From Octopus vulgaris (Eukaryota), in the NCBI GenBank assembly GCA_951406725.2, contig OX597823.1, positions 80,042,001 to 80,106,000 of the forward strand: a DNA stretch of 64,000 nt, given 5' to 3'. Position 1 is the first letter of the stretch. Every line of letters begins with the position of its first letter. This document shows positions 1 through 12,871 of the stretch, in pieces. The notes beneath the pieces were generated by a model that was not told the origin of the DNA, did not search any database, and saw nothing but the letters and a program-made list of their open reading frames with translations. Made by a program: the position numbers and the translations under genes.

Positions 1-527
1 TGTTTGTCCCCTCTGTGTTTAGCCCCTGTGTATGTGCGTATGGGCGAGTGTTTGTATGTGTTTACGAGTACGTGTTTCAATGTATTTGTGAGTAAATGTG
101 TGCGTGAGTATGTGCGAGTGTGTATCTGTGTTTGTGTTCGCGTGCTTGTAAATGTTTTCATGTCTGTACGTGAGTGTGTGTGTGCGTGCTTGTATGCGCA
201 TGCGTGTACACTTACGTATTAAAGGCCTAGCTTCTCTTTTCACTTAAACCAGTTATGTTCTGCTGAAAACATCAATGCAACTATGTTTTCTTCAACCTTT
301 CAACACACAGAACCTTTAAGAATTGTCGATGCATTTTCTTATATAACAAAACGTATTTTAACTACCGAGTCAATGAGTGGATCTCTACGTTATCGCCGCT
401 CGACTTGCTAGAAATAACAGTCAAATCTCTTCTAAATTACACTAATATCCTAAATAAAAGACACATGAAATGTAACCATGTATACAAAAAGAAGGAAATG
501 TTATGGTTGGAATGTGTTTGAATATTC

Positions 528-697
528 AGTTCTATATATAAGAGATGAGGAATTATGTACATTATTTACTTTATTTACATTATTTACATTTGACGGATAT
601 TTGACCTCATCTTGTTTGTTGTTAACACAACGTTTCGGCTAATATATCCTCGGGAAATTTCGAACCTGGGTTCTCATTCCTAAGGTATCTTTCGATG

Positions 698-794
<97 letters not shown>

Positions 795-905
795 CATTAT
801 TATTATCATTCAGGTCACTGCTTGGAATCGGACTTGGAATCTTGGGGTTAGTAGCCCGCGCTCTTAACCACTACGCATATGACCTGAATAATAATAATAA
901 TAATA

Positions 906-966
<61 letters not shown>

Positions 967-1080
967 TACCTTAAGAACGAGAACCCAGGTTCGAAATTTC
1001 CCCCAAGACACCTGATGAAGTCTGGAGGGTATATCAGCCGAGACGTGATGAAGACAAATATCCGTAAAAATGTAAATAAT
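528..1080. mobile_element. Penelope-like pLTR remnant as an inverted pair (left arm minus 528-880, right arm plus 881-1080) with expanded (TAA)n
   Basis: The arms are reverse complements (gaacctgggttctcattcctaagg / ccttaagaacgagaacccaggttc). The same sequence lies next to a GIY-YIG fragment at 46250-46885. A degenerate hammerhead core CTGATGA..cagccGAGAC sits at 1012-1044. Confidence 0.8.
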
Positions 1081-1171
1081 ATCTTTGATTATTGTTTTGC
1101 TTGGCCGATACTGACCTTGGGATAAGCGATGACAACTAAAACAACAAGAATTTTAATATAACATGAACTTA

Positions 1172-1345
1172 AGGCGACGAACTGGCAGAATCGTTACCGC
1201 GCCGGACGAAACGCTTAACAGAATTTCTTCTGAGTTCAAATTCCGACGCGGTTTACTTTGCTTTTCTTTCTTAAGAGCTCGATAAAAATGAGTTGGACGA
1301 TCGATGTAATCGATTTATCCCTTCTCACGAGATTGCCAGCCTTGA
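1172..1345 (+). mobile_element. SINE family A, diverged copy
   Basis: ggcgacgaactggcagaatcgtta...gagttcaaattcc matches the intact copy at 58181. Confidence 0.8.
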
Positions 1346-1852
1346 AACGAATATAACAAGCTATAGTATTTAATTTTATTCACCACTATAAGGCATGGCT
1401 GTATGATTAAGAAAGTGAACACAGTGAAAGCACCCTTCATCAGTTGTCATATATATATATATATATATATGTATTTATGTATATATATATATATATATAT
1501 ATAAGTGTATGTAAACCTGCCTTGTAGACATATATACATGGTAAATTTCTCCGTAAATTATAAAAAAATTGACGAACAACCTAAATCGATTCTGAAACCT
1601 TAATTTGTTCTCACTGGAGGTGTCTACATCACTTAACCAACCCCAAAGAAGAAATACGTAGTCATTCTGTTTATAGACACAACAAATCCACTAGTTTCAG
1701 AGAACTGAAGCTACTAACCTGCATAGTGTATTTAGCGATTTATTTAATATCAGCGATCTGTCAACAGGGATCTTATCTCACCCACAGGTAGTATATACAC
1801 AAACCAAGGGAGTAGACAAACAAATATATAACAAATATGTATGTGTCCATGC

Positions 1853-2090
1853 GTGTTTCTTTGTGTCTGTGATTGTCCACCCCTTCAACACCGCTTGATG
1901 AACGAGGCTGGTTTGTTTGTATCCCACTAGCTTAGCAGATCGGCAAAAGTGACCAGATTTAAAAACCAAAAATTAAGAAGAAAAAAGCGTAAGTATAAGG
2001 TCCATCTGTTCGACTGAAACCCTTCAAGTTGGTACCTCTGCATGACCGCTGTCCAATGATTGAAACGAGTAAACGAGAAATAAAAGAGAA
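1853..2090 (+). mobile_element. SINE family B, diverged 3' half
   Basis: ccgcttga...acttagcagatcggcaaaagtgacc...gcatgaccgctgtccaatgattgaaac matches the B tail. Confidence 0.7.
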
Positions 2091-3961
2091 AACTGCGACA
2101 CGAAAATAAAATAAAAACTGAATATAAAAATACCACTAAATAAGTTGGCGTTATTAATAGTCATAGTTTTTAAGTGTCACTGAAGAAGACCGTGTATTTC
2201 CCATTGAAATCGAGTGACGTAATTTGTTTAATAATAATTGTTAAATTTAGAAAAAAAGCATAATAGATTTTCGTCCGTTTTACGTGACTGGAAAACAATT
2301 TTCAAAATATCCAGAAAAAAATACATTGTTTTATTTTCGCAATATAAAAAATTGTTTTAAATTCTCTCGTGAAAGAGTTGACAATGACGCAGTGTGTGTC
2401 AATCGCTCTAAATTCAATGGAGACTGCTGATTAACGGGTCGCCATTCCCGGATATTGTTATTTGAATGTGCAATAATGGTTTCTTGCATAGGCAGATGAC
2501 CACAGTTTTGAGGTAGAGTTATATAATTGATTATATCCACTGCATTAATTGGCTGTTACTTATTTTATAGACGCTAGAAGTTAAAAAAAAAGCAATGTTA
2601 ACCTAAGCGAGGTTTGAACTCAGAATGAAGTTTCACTTTATCCGGGACCTCAAGCGAAATTATCAGAAAGAAACGAACTGAAGTTATTTAAAATGTTTTG
2701 CTTTACGTTTGTTCTAAGTGAAAATATCAATAAAAACACTTGTTTATGCGTTTTGTATGTCTTTATATAAGTTTTATGAATCTATTCTCTTTTGTCAACA
2801 ACTGTCACAAATTATTTTTATATGTGTATTTTGTTCTCTTCTTATAAAATAATTTAGTAGAGAAAAGGTCCCTTAAATAGAAACAAAAGCACTATGTTCC
2901 CGTATAAATTTGTGAAAAATTTACTACACATTTTTGCGTCAGAGTATAAGAGTGGTTGTGTTGAATATGCAAAGTTAAAGAGATCAATAAACATGAATTT
3001 ATGGTCATAACAGAATTTTAGAGGGCCATATAATTTTTATGTTGTTTTAAAAGAATATCCAACACAAAACAATTAACTATTTGAGAAAATGTTTCAAATT
3101 ATTCCAGTTGGTCTATAAACATAAATATTTGTTAAAATGTATTCTTGCTGTTTAAGAGAGGGATAAGAAAACACCACTGCTGAGTTGACATTTAGAAATT
3201 ATGACAACCATGCTAGAAAAAAAAATAAAATAGCTTTCATGAAAATACCGCTTAGAACAACCACAACGCGTTTTGTTTTTCTAGAATGCCCAGTAAAGTT
3301 GTAAAAACACAACATGGATTTTTTACCAAAATGTCTCGATGATAAATGTAAAAGATAAACTTATATAAAAAGAGTATCATGTATTAGCATTTACCTAATT
3401 GGCATCGGGTCACTGGTGTTTAGTATTTCAGACACTGGTGTATAATTTGAGAGAATAAGTTTCACCCTTAGTTAGGAAATACCTGGGATAGTTAGACTTA
3501 GTATGATACAGCTAAGATTCTATTTCATGGAAAAATTCAACCATCTCAAGTTCGTTTCCAATTCGTGGATCGATAATTGAACGTCGAATTAAGACGACAA
3601 CAGCAATATTAGCTACCCTGGTTGCAAAATAAACTTAATAATAAGTAGATGAATAAAAGACTACATATATAGAAACCATTGTAATTTTTATGTAATATTT
3701 TGTCGTTCTACTGACCTACATAAGATCAACATCTATGATAAACAGAGTAAGAGACTCCAAAAAGTTATCTCTGGCCTGACTTCAGAATGTAGATATAGGC
3801 GCAGGAGTGGCTGTGTGGTAAATAGCTTGCTTCCCAGCTTCCTGATCCCTGGTTCAATGTGGTAAAATCTAAATTTTTAACAGAATTCTGTGAAAAGTCC
3901 TCATTAACATCAACAGCAGCAGCAGTAGCAGCAGCAATAACAATAACAACAACAATAACAA

Positions 3962-4122
3962 TCCTTTGTACCAAAGGCAGAGGGCTTGAAGTTTTTCGTG
4001 GGAGGGGACGAGTCGATTACACCGACATCAGTGCTTCTTTGGTACTTAATTTATCGACCCCGAAAGGATGAAAGACAAAATCGACTGCGGCAGAACAGGA
4101 ACTCAGAACACATAGACGGATG
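3962..4122 (-). mobile_element. SINE family A partial, followed by (TAA)n 4125-4311
   Basis: ggtacttaatttatcgaccccgaaaggatgaaagacaaaatcgac is the reverse-complement A core. Confidence 0.8.
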
Positions 4123-4125
4123 AAC

Positions 4126-4311
<186 letters not shown>

Positions 4312-4437
4312 CTTTTCCACCAAAGGCACAAGGGCTTGGAATTTCACACACACAAACACACACACACACACACATAGACATATATTTCTCTGTGTGTGTG
4401 TGTGTGTTCGTGCCTGCACGTGTGTGTGTTCGTGCCT

Positions 4438-4490
<53 letters not shown>

Positions 4491-4824
4491 CACATATTTG
4501 TATAGAGCTCCTAAATGAGCCTTGCACTGGCCACTTAAACATCGTTTGAACATAAATATTGAACAAGAGGACAGTTTCAAACCGGATGTTTTTAACCCTG
4601 TCTATTAATATTGCTATGAAATTGAGTCAGCTCATTCTATATATATAATTACCTTGATCAGCATCATCGTTATCATCATTATCATCAGTATCATCATTAT
4701 CATCAGTATCATCATTATCATTAGCGTTATAAACACCAACACCATTAACGTCATCGTCGTCGTCGTCGTCGTCGCCGTCATAGGTTTATAATTTATTGTT
4801 TTTTTTCTGTTTTGCTGTTATTGA

Positions 4825-5035
4825 AAGCGGCTAGTTGCAAAATAGTTAACACACCGGACAATGTGCTTAGCGGCATTTCGTTCGCTTTTACGTTCTGTGT
4901 TCAAATTCCGCCGGGGTCCACTTTGCCATTCATTTTATCGGGGTCGATAAATTAAGTACCAGTTGAGTACTGGGGTCCACGTATTCGACTTAACCCCACC
5001 TACAAAATTCATCCCTTGTGGCCTTAATAGAAAGG
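4825..5035 (+). mobile_element. SINE family A
   Basis: Head, B-box gttcaaattcc, core ggggtcgataaattaagtaccag, tail running into (ATT)n. Confidence 0.85.
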
Positions 5036-5092
5036 ATTATTATTATTATTATCATTATTGAGAGAGAGCGAGAGAGAGAGGGGGGAGAGAGA

Positions 5093-5644
5093 GTAGTACA
5101 TGCCATCAAAGTGACATTGGGGTATAAATATACGAATCCCAATATACCTATTATGGCTACCTGTCCGATAATGGTACACCAGGTACATGCATCTCAATTA
5201 TATGTGCATGACATGGTGATCTCATATCAAGATAAACAGCGCATGACCTTGCAGGTAGGGCCCGATTAGAATTTTCTTTAGATCGAGTAGCACATCCCAC
5301 TTAAAAGGTCCATGAATAAGGTTTGTTTAAGGATGTTGAACAAAACACCTATGTTTCAAGAAGTGAATTATTCAAACCTCAAAGAATTCCATTCAACACA
5401 TGGCTATGATCCTTCCTCACTCTTTCTGCTCGTGATCAGAGATGCTCATATCGTCTGCCATTAAGGGACATGCTCAGCTGGTTAAGACCAAACAACTGAC
5501 AAGCTAATCTGTGCTATTGATCAGAATATTTACTGTAGCCGATCTTTTACAACAATACAAAAAAAAATGTACATGATAACACTTCCGATCAGTTAAGATC
5601 AGATCAGAAGCCATTTGAGCCACTGCCTGGTATTGCGTCAGGGC

Positions 5645-5648
<4 letters not shown>
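5093..5648. mobile_element. ~550-bp non-coding insert bracketed by (ATT)n arrays; probable interspersed repeat of unknown class
   Basis: Complex, more GC-balanced block between (ATT)n/(GA)n at 5036-5092 and (ATT)n at 5648-5690. Single copy in this window. Confidence 0.45.
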
Positions 5649-5690
<42 letters not shown>

Positions 5691-5866
5691 TGATGATCTG
5701 TTGATTAATCGACAAATCACTGCTCGCTTACTTATTTGGTGGTCTGATGAGTTGGGAGCTATGTAACATTTCATGCAATCAAATAACTAGTGTTAGGCTT
5801 ATGATAGAAGACGACTCATGAAACAATTGTAGCAAAACCAGGTAACATATTCGTATGTTTGTATTT

Positions 5867-5913
<47 letters not shown>

Positions 5914-5952
5914 TATGTATGTGTGTCTGTGTGTGTGTGTGTGTGTGTGTAC

Positions 5953-6150
5953 TCTTTTACCCTCTTACCTGTTTCAGTCATCTGACTGCAGCCATACTGG
6001 AGCACCGCCTTGAAGGTTTTTTTAGTCTAACAAATCTTATTCTATCGGTCTTATTTGCTGAACAGCTAGCTCTCGGGGACGTAAACACCCCAACACCAGT
6101 TTTCAAGCGGTAACAGAGATACGTGGGCAAACGCAGACAAAGACACGCAG
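5953..6150 (-). mobile_element. SINE family B, 3' half
   Basis: gtttcagtcatctgactgcagccatactggagcaccgcctt is the reverse-complement B tail. Confidence 0.8.
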
Positions 6151-6167
6151 ATAATATAAACATATAC

Positions 6168-6221
<54 letters not shown>

Positions 6222-6842
6222 ATATATATATGGTCACACATACGGTATATATATTTGTATGTATATATATATACACCTAAAAGCTCCACATCCAGCAGGG
6301 GTGCACTCACATGTATACATATATGTGGACATATATATATTCGATAACAATGTGAACGTGTGACCAGCGATGTGTAGCAACATCTGATGGTCTGGTCGGT
6401 CACGTGATCACGAGATATATATGCATGCATATACATCTATACATATATGTGGACATATATATATCTACATGTATATGTGCGTGTGTGTATATATGTGTGT
6501 GTGTGTGTATGCATATGGATAGGAACACATAAACTGAGTGTGCTTACATCGATGTAATCGGATCGTTTTATTGCGATATATATTAACAGTGAAGACTGCG
6601 TTTCTTCCCTCACGAATTAAGATTTATTGCGTGCAACAAAATAAGTATAGGATGGAATGACAATTGTAATAACGTGTTGTTTGCAGTTAGGATATGCACA
6701 AGTGCACATGAAATTCATAATTCGTTTTTATAGATCTACACGCGGCCTATAAAATCCTTGTTACTCTTATCCATGTACTTAACTATAATTGCCTGTGTTT
6801 GAGTTTGTAAGCAGACCTACACTTGCCACACAAAGCATATCT

Positions 6843-7047
6843 CTTTACTCTCTTTTACTTGTTTCAGTCATTCGACTGCGGCCATGCTGGAGCACCGCCT
6901 TTAATCGAGCAACTCGACTTATTCTTTTTTTATAAGCCCAGTACTTATTCTATCGGTCTCTTTTGCCGAACCGCTAAGTAACGGGGACATAAACACACCA
7001 GCATCGGTTGTCAAGCAATGCTAGGGGGACAAACACAAGCACACACA

Positions 7048-7114
<67 letters not shown>

Positions 7115-7270
7115 GACGGGCTTCTTTTCAGTTTCCGTCTACCAAATCCACTCACAAGGCTTTGGTCGGGTCGAGGCTATAGCAGAAGACACTTGTCCAA
7201 GGTGCCACGCAGTGGGACTGAATCCGGAACCATGTGGTTGGTAAACAAGCTACTTACCACACAGCCACTC
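6843..7270 (-). mobile_element. SINE family B, full length with internal (TA)n
   Basis: Collinear with the copies at 9039, 14267, 26961, 27611 and 57422; tRNA-like head gagtggctgtgtggtaag...ggattcagtccc. Confidence 0.92.
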
Positions 7271-7357
7271 GTTCTTAAATATTTGCATCTATGTATACAT
7301 GTATGCATGTCTATGTATACAGATATATACGTATATATGTTTGTATGTATGAATACA

Positions 7358-7600
7358 TGCAATCTCAGCTGGAGTGTCCACATTAACAATAAGGTCGGTA
7401 TACATCGTAAGATGAGCTCCTGGGTCCTAAGAACCTTCCGGTCCAGAGAACAAGGTGTTATTTCTCTTTTCTCACCCTTTCTATGGCCACCTTGAATACT
7501 GTTTCCCACGTGTTCTCCCCATACAAAACAAAACATCACCAAAATTGAATCACCCCAGAAGTCATTCATTAAAATAATTAAGGGCATGATTGAAGTTTTC
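7358..7600 (+). mobile_element. CR1/L2-group LINE fragment (RT C-terminal region), frameshifted
   Basis: Translates NLSWSVHINNKVG..KMSSWVLRTFRSRE, then after shifts HLEYC and NITKIESPQKSFIKIIKGM. This resembles the CR1 pattern LSW..HI / ILRTF.SR / RPHLEYC..WSP / IE.VQR.FTK.I.G. Confidence 0.8.
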
Positions 7601-8049
7601 GTCCAAATCAGTGAATGTTTTGTTTGCTATTCTCTATATGGGAACGACTATTTTTTAGCCTTGTTATGATTGTTCAGAGGGATTTCTCAGTGGCAAGGCA
7701 AAATAAGGTCGAAACAATAGATTTTTACTTCCCGCTAAAAATATTCTAATCCAGTTTCTGTATACAACTTCTCTGGGACACATGCCAGAGTTATAGCCCT
7801 TCCACCTCTGTATACACCTTATAAATGTTATGCATATGAAATAATATACATATATATAGTTATAGTTATCCGAAACTTATCGCAATAAGGTGTTCTCTGA
7901 TGACCTGAGAATCAGTATGGTTGAAAACATAAATGCACTTGGAACACCTGTTGTTGGGTTTAGACTAGCATAATGGTGCAACGCACATAGTGACTATAAA
8001 ATGTGCTTGTGTTTGTCCTCACCACTACTTTATTATTTCCACTTCTTCC

Positions 8050-8275
8050 TAGCTTTCCTGTGTGACTCCTCTGTCCGACATTCACCATGATAGATCGCTA
8101 GCCACTACACATTCTTTATTTTCTATCTCTGTTTCTTTCTGTGTTCCTTTCTCTGGAAGAGCGTAGGCTCGAAATATTAAAAAATTTTTCACTTCCCGAG
8201 TGATAAACTAATACATCTGTTTGTTGTCTACACTTCCTGTCTTCCTCTTTTGTTCTTTTTTTGTGAATTCTCCGA
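8050..8275 (+). mobile_element. Repeat family H (putative PLE pLTR with degenerate hammerhead-like motif)
   Basis: Homologous to 37483-37592 (+) and 59165-59388 (-); contains gaa-gagc-gtag-gctc-gaaa; ends in (TA)n. Confidence 0.6.
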
Positions 8276-8348
8276 CCCCACCAACATATACATATATATA
8301 TATACATATAATTATATATATATATATATGATTATATATATATATAAT

Positions 8349-8406
<58 letters not shown>

Positions 8407-8542
8407 AGAGAGAGTTTATAAATGCAATATAGGAAGAATCAAGAAAGGAGGTACTCCATCCAATAAGAGATAAATATAAATTTAATACACAAAAGAAAGA
8501 GCTACTAATAGGTGTGTATTAAATTTATATATATATATATTT

Positions 8543-8762
8543 AACTGGCACTCCGTCAGTTACGATGACGGGAGTTCCAAGCTGATCCGATCAACGGAAG
8601 GTGAAATTGAGGTGCAAGTGGCTGAGCACTCTACAGATATGCATAAACTTATCGCAATTTTCAGGAAGATTCAACGTGACACACAATGGGACAAAGCCGG
8701 TTCCATGAATTACATGTACAGTTCATGTTTGCTTGCTAAGTAGACTAAACCAACGTGAAATT
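8543..8762 (-). mobile_element. SINE family C, 3' part
   Basis: actggcactccgtcagttacga...gtgcaagtggctgagcactc is shared with 29766 and 58697. Confidence 0.8.
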
Positions 8763-8958
8763 CACTCCATTTCTGTGTCTTAGACATCATTCATATCGCA
8801 TAAATCCCTTTAAATCATTCTAACCATTTTGAAAACTATTTTAGAAGATTTTGAATTATGATTGCATGAAATATGTGGTATACATACTTTTGTTGCGTGT
8901 ACATATTCGCACGCGCGTGTGTGTGAATACACACACACACATATATATATATATATTA

Positions 8959-8992
<34 letters not shown>

Positions 8993-9038
8993 CAACATGA
9001 ACACACATATATATATATACAACATACATTTTCTCTTT

Positions 9039-9255
9039 CTCTTTTACTTGTTTCACTCATTTGACTGCGACCATGTTGGAGCACCGCCTTTCAGTCGAGC
9101 AAATCGACCCCAGGATTTATTTTTTGTAAGCCTAGTACTTATCCTATCGGTCTCTTTTGCCGAACCGCTAAGTAACTGGGACGTAAACACACCAGCATCG
9201 GTTGTCAAGCGATGTTGGGAGACAAACAGACACACAAACACACACACACACACAC

Positions 9256-9305
<50 letters not shown>

Positions 9306-9462
9306 GACGGGCTTCTTTCAGTTTATGTCTACCAAATCCACTCACAAGGCTTTGGTCGGCCCGAGGCTATAGTAGAAGACACTCGCCCAAGGTGCCACGC
9401 AATGGGACTGAACCCGGAACTGTGTGGTTGGTAAGCAAGCTACTTACCACATAGCCACTCCT
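9039..9462 (-). mobile_element. SINE family B, full length
   Basis: Near-identical to the other B copies; internal (CA)n(TA)n. Confidence 0.92.
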
Positions 9463-9563
9463 ATATAATACATATACTTATACATATACATATATGTATA
9501 TCTATCTACCCATTCGTAATAAGTTATATATGTATATATCATATATCATATATTACATATTAC

Positions 9564-9596
<33 letters not shown>

Positions 9597-9761
9597 TGTA
9601 TGTATGTATGTATGTATGTATGTATGTATGTATGTATGTATGTATGTATATAACCATGAGATTGGTGATGCAAGGCTGTAATACGTATGCCATTAAGAGC
9701 CACTCGTTATCATATATATATGCAACTTTTGCATATATATAAAACATATATTTATACATAC

Positions 9762-9821
<60 letters not shown>

Positions 9822-9825
9822 ATAC

Positions 9826-9858
<33 letters not shown>

Positions 9859-10349
9859 GCCTCGAAACTGGTGATGTAGGGCAGGAATCCCAGCTGTAAT
9901 ACGTGTGGCATTAAGAGCCACTCGAGAGCTTTCTGCTCTGAGAAACTAGAAAAACACAGGAAGATACCACAGCAGAAGAAGCAATAGCAACAGCAGATGG
10001 GTGCTGAAAAGGGGTGGAAAAAAAGAGAAAAGGAAGTAAAAAAAACAGATGGTCGTGGGGCGAAAGCAGCAGTTGGGTAAAGCTCAAGAAGAGCGACCCA
10101 CTTCATGGAGCAACATGAAGTTCACGGTCCTGCGATTACGCAACGTGTCCCTGAAATCTACGCTTGGTGTTTAGGAAGTTTATAATGATGTCTGTATCTG
10201 GTATGATGAAAATAATGTTGCACTGATTTAAAAGAGACAGTCAAAACACTAGCTGTTGATAAGGGCCACGTTAATGATTTATCGCCGTAGATAATGATTT
10301 CAAATTTTGGTACAAAACAAGCAATTTTGGAGAAGGAGAGAGTCCCTCA

Positions 10350-10568
10350 CGACAGGGTGCTGAAGAGTTCCTGGCTTTGGAAAAACGAAAATACAGGAGG
10401 ATTAGTTAATTATGATTTTATTCAACATATTTCCCTTTCAGATTCACACACTCATTGCAGCGGTCCTTCAGTTTTTCTAAACTCCGTAAAAGAATTCGGA
10501 ACGTTGTGCCTGCAACCAGGCCTTTCACGAAACTCTTAAAGCCAGGAACTTTACGGTACCCCCTTGTA
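10350..10568. mobile_element. Tc1/mariner-type MITE nested in a decayed SINE A
   Basis: Imperfect ~29-bp TIRs (cgacagggtgctgaagagttcctggcttt / aaagccaggaactttacggtacccccttg). TA at the right end. The flanks rejoin as a minus-strand SINE A. Confidence 0.7.
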
Positions 10569-10649
10569 CATTGAACTCAGTACTGAACTGGTATGATAAA
10601 CGGCAAAATTGACTCCGGTAGCATTTGAACTCAGAACGTAAAGATCCTA

Positions 10650-11023
10650 AACACAGAAAGGACAAACGAATTAAGTCGATTATATTGACCCGAGTGCGCA
10701 ACTGGTACTTATTTAATCTACCCCGAAAGGATGAATGGCAAAGTCGACCTCGGCGGAATTTGAACACAGAACGTAGCGGCAGACAAAATACCTATTTCTT
10801 TACTACCCACAAGGGGCTACACACAGAAGAGACAAACAAGGACAGACAAACGGATTAAGTCGATTACATCGACCCCAGTGCGTAACTGGTACTTATTTAA
10901 TCGACCCTGAAAGGATGAAAGGCAAAGTCGACCTCGGTGGAATTTGAACTCAGATCGTAACGGCAGACAAAACACCGCTAAGCATTTCGCCCGGCGTGCT
11001 AACGATTCTGCCAGCTTGTCGCT
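10650..11023 (-). mobile_element. Two tandem SINE family A copies
   Basis: The core gcaaagtcgacctcgg.ggaatttgaac occurs at ~10740 and ~10922; alternative tail atttctttactacccacaaggggcta. Confidence 0.9.
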
Positions 11024-11496
11024 TATTACGGTATACAATAGCATTGCATTTTCCTTGGGCAGAGCAAAATGTTTACAGTCAACAGTGGGTGTATGCAATT
11101 TCATTAAAATTTGTGGTACTGTGTCCGATTTTCCTATTTTATTAAAATCTTATGCTTCTAAAAAGTACTCAAGATAAATTATCTGTTCCTGATTTTTCTT
11201 TGTCCATTCTAGAAGTTCTTTATCCTTCACCACGTTTTTATACACTTCGTTTTTGTCCATCTTCAAACGGTTTAACCTTCGTGTTCACGTTTAATGTTTT
11301 CTATTTTTCCTTATGAATGGGCCTTTGGGGGTAAATAAGTAAATGATTACACAGTGTTACACAGTGTTACACAGTGTATACCGTATATAATTTCTTTTAT
11401 GTTTTTTTAATAATTTCATTATATGTAAACCCATACACTTTATATCTGTCTTTGTATTGTCCTCCTCATCCTTCGCCCTTGTGGCAAATAAATGAA

Positions 11497-11564
<68 letters not shown>

Positions 11565-11582
11565 CATCATCATCATTATTAA

Positions 11583-11820
11583 GGCGGCAAGCTGGCATAA
11601 TCGTTAGCACGCCGGGCAGAATGCTTAGCGATATTTCGTCTGTCTCTACGATCTGAGTTCAAATTCCACCCAGGTCGATTTTGCCTTTCATTCTTTTGGG
11701 GTCGATAAATTAAGCACCAGTGAAACATTGAAGTCGATGTAATCGACTCGTCCCCTCCACCTTGCGGCAAAATTTAAAACCATTATTATTAAGGCGGCAA
11801 GCTAGCAGAATCGTTAGTTC
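11583..11820 (+). mobile_element. SINE family A plus a second head fragment, after (ATT)n
   Basis: ggcggcaagctggca.aatcgttag occurs twice (11583, 11793). Confidence 0.85.
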
Positions 11821-12669
11821 CGGGTGCAAGATCAAATGCTTCTTAGCACACAGCCACGCCCACACCTGTTTTGTAACTCGAGCTCATGATTAGTAGTAAT
11901 ATTTAGATTTTAATTAATATGTCAGTTTTAATACTGAAATAATGAAAAGAAAGTAATCGTCCGCCGAGTATTGATCAAATAAGAAATATAAAAGAAAAAC
12001 AAAAGGAAATACTTTCATTCGAGCCTTTATCTTTGTCCTTTTTCTTTTTAACATTAGTAAATTGCTTTGTTTTAGTGTATATATATATATGGAGAGAGAG
12101 AGGGGGGGGTTCAGATGAATATGGTATTTAAGTTGGGGCACCAGAATTTAGTGCGGTATTATCATTACAATTTCATAATGAGATTAAAATCAAAATAAGC
12201 AACACGGATATCCAGAGGTAATGAACAATGCAATCATTACATCAATTTAAATACAGAGCAATCCTCAGCTGCATAAAGACATAGAATTTAATTAAATTAA
12301 AACAGATGGACACATTAGTATAATTTTAACTAAAATCTCCAGGAAGGTAAAGAAATAGACAATGAACATGTTGCCTTCACTTCAGCTTAGAAGCAACTAA
12401 GGTCCCAGGGAGAAAGACTTGTTACAGATTTTGCTTGTCACTACTTTATGGGGTCAGTTGTAATTTATAGACTAGTTTTATCAAATCTTTGTATATCTAA
12501 GGCCGAGAGAACAAGGAGCAGTGTCTTTTAGGAATGGGGCTGAGGGAGTCAACAGAAATCATAGTGGGTGTAGTCGTAATGATTGCAGTGTTCAATTAAA
12601 TGGAGTTGCTTGAAACGATCGTACTGCAGTAGCTCTGGATATCCTTGTTGCTTATTTTGATTTCATATA

Positions 12670-12741
<72 letters not shown>

Positions 12742-12788
12742 GGGGGGGGTGTCTGCATGTATATATGTGTATATATGTGTGTATATAT

Positions 12789-12871
<83 letters not shown>

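Noticed and set aside
1424-2220. Partial hammerhead-like strings (rc CTGATGAaggg at ~1432-1442; gtcaCTGAAGA..GAAAtcgagtgac at ~2176-2218)
   Set aside because: Missing GAAA, or missing stem II and the NUH triplet; cannot be separated from chance.
7008-7244. Recurring peptide SVSVYQIHSQGFGRPEAIVEDTCPRCHAVGLNPEPCGW in many ORFs
   Set aside because: Antisense translation of SINE B, not a gene family.
10625-10858. Recurring peptide RPRKDERQSRPRRNLNSER
   Set aside because: Antisense translation of SINE A.
12350-12640. Possible decayed LINE on the minus strand
   Set aside because: Only vague motif echoes with many stops.
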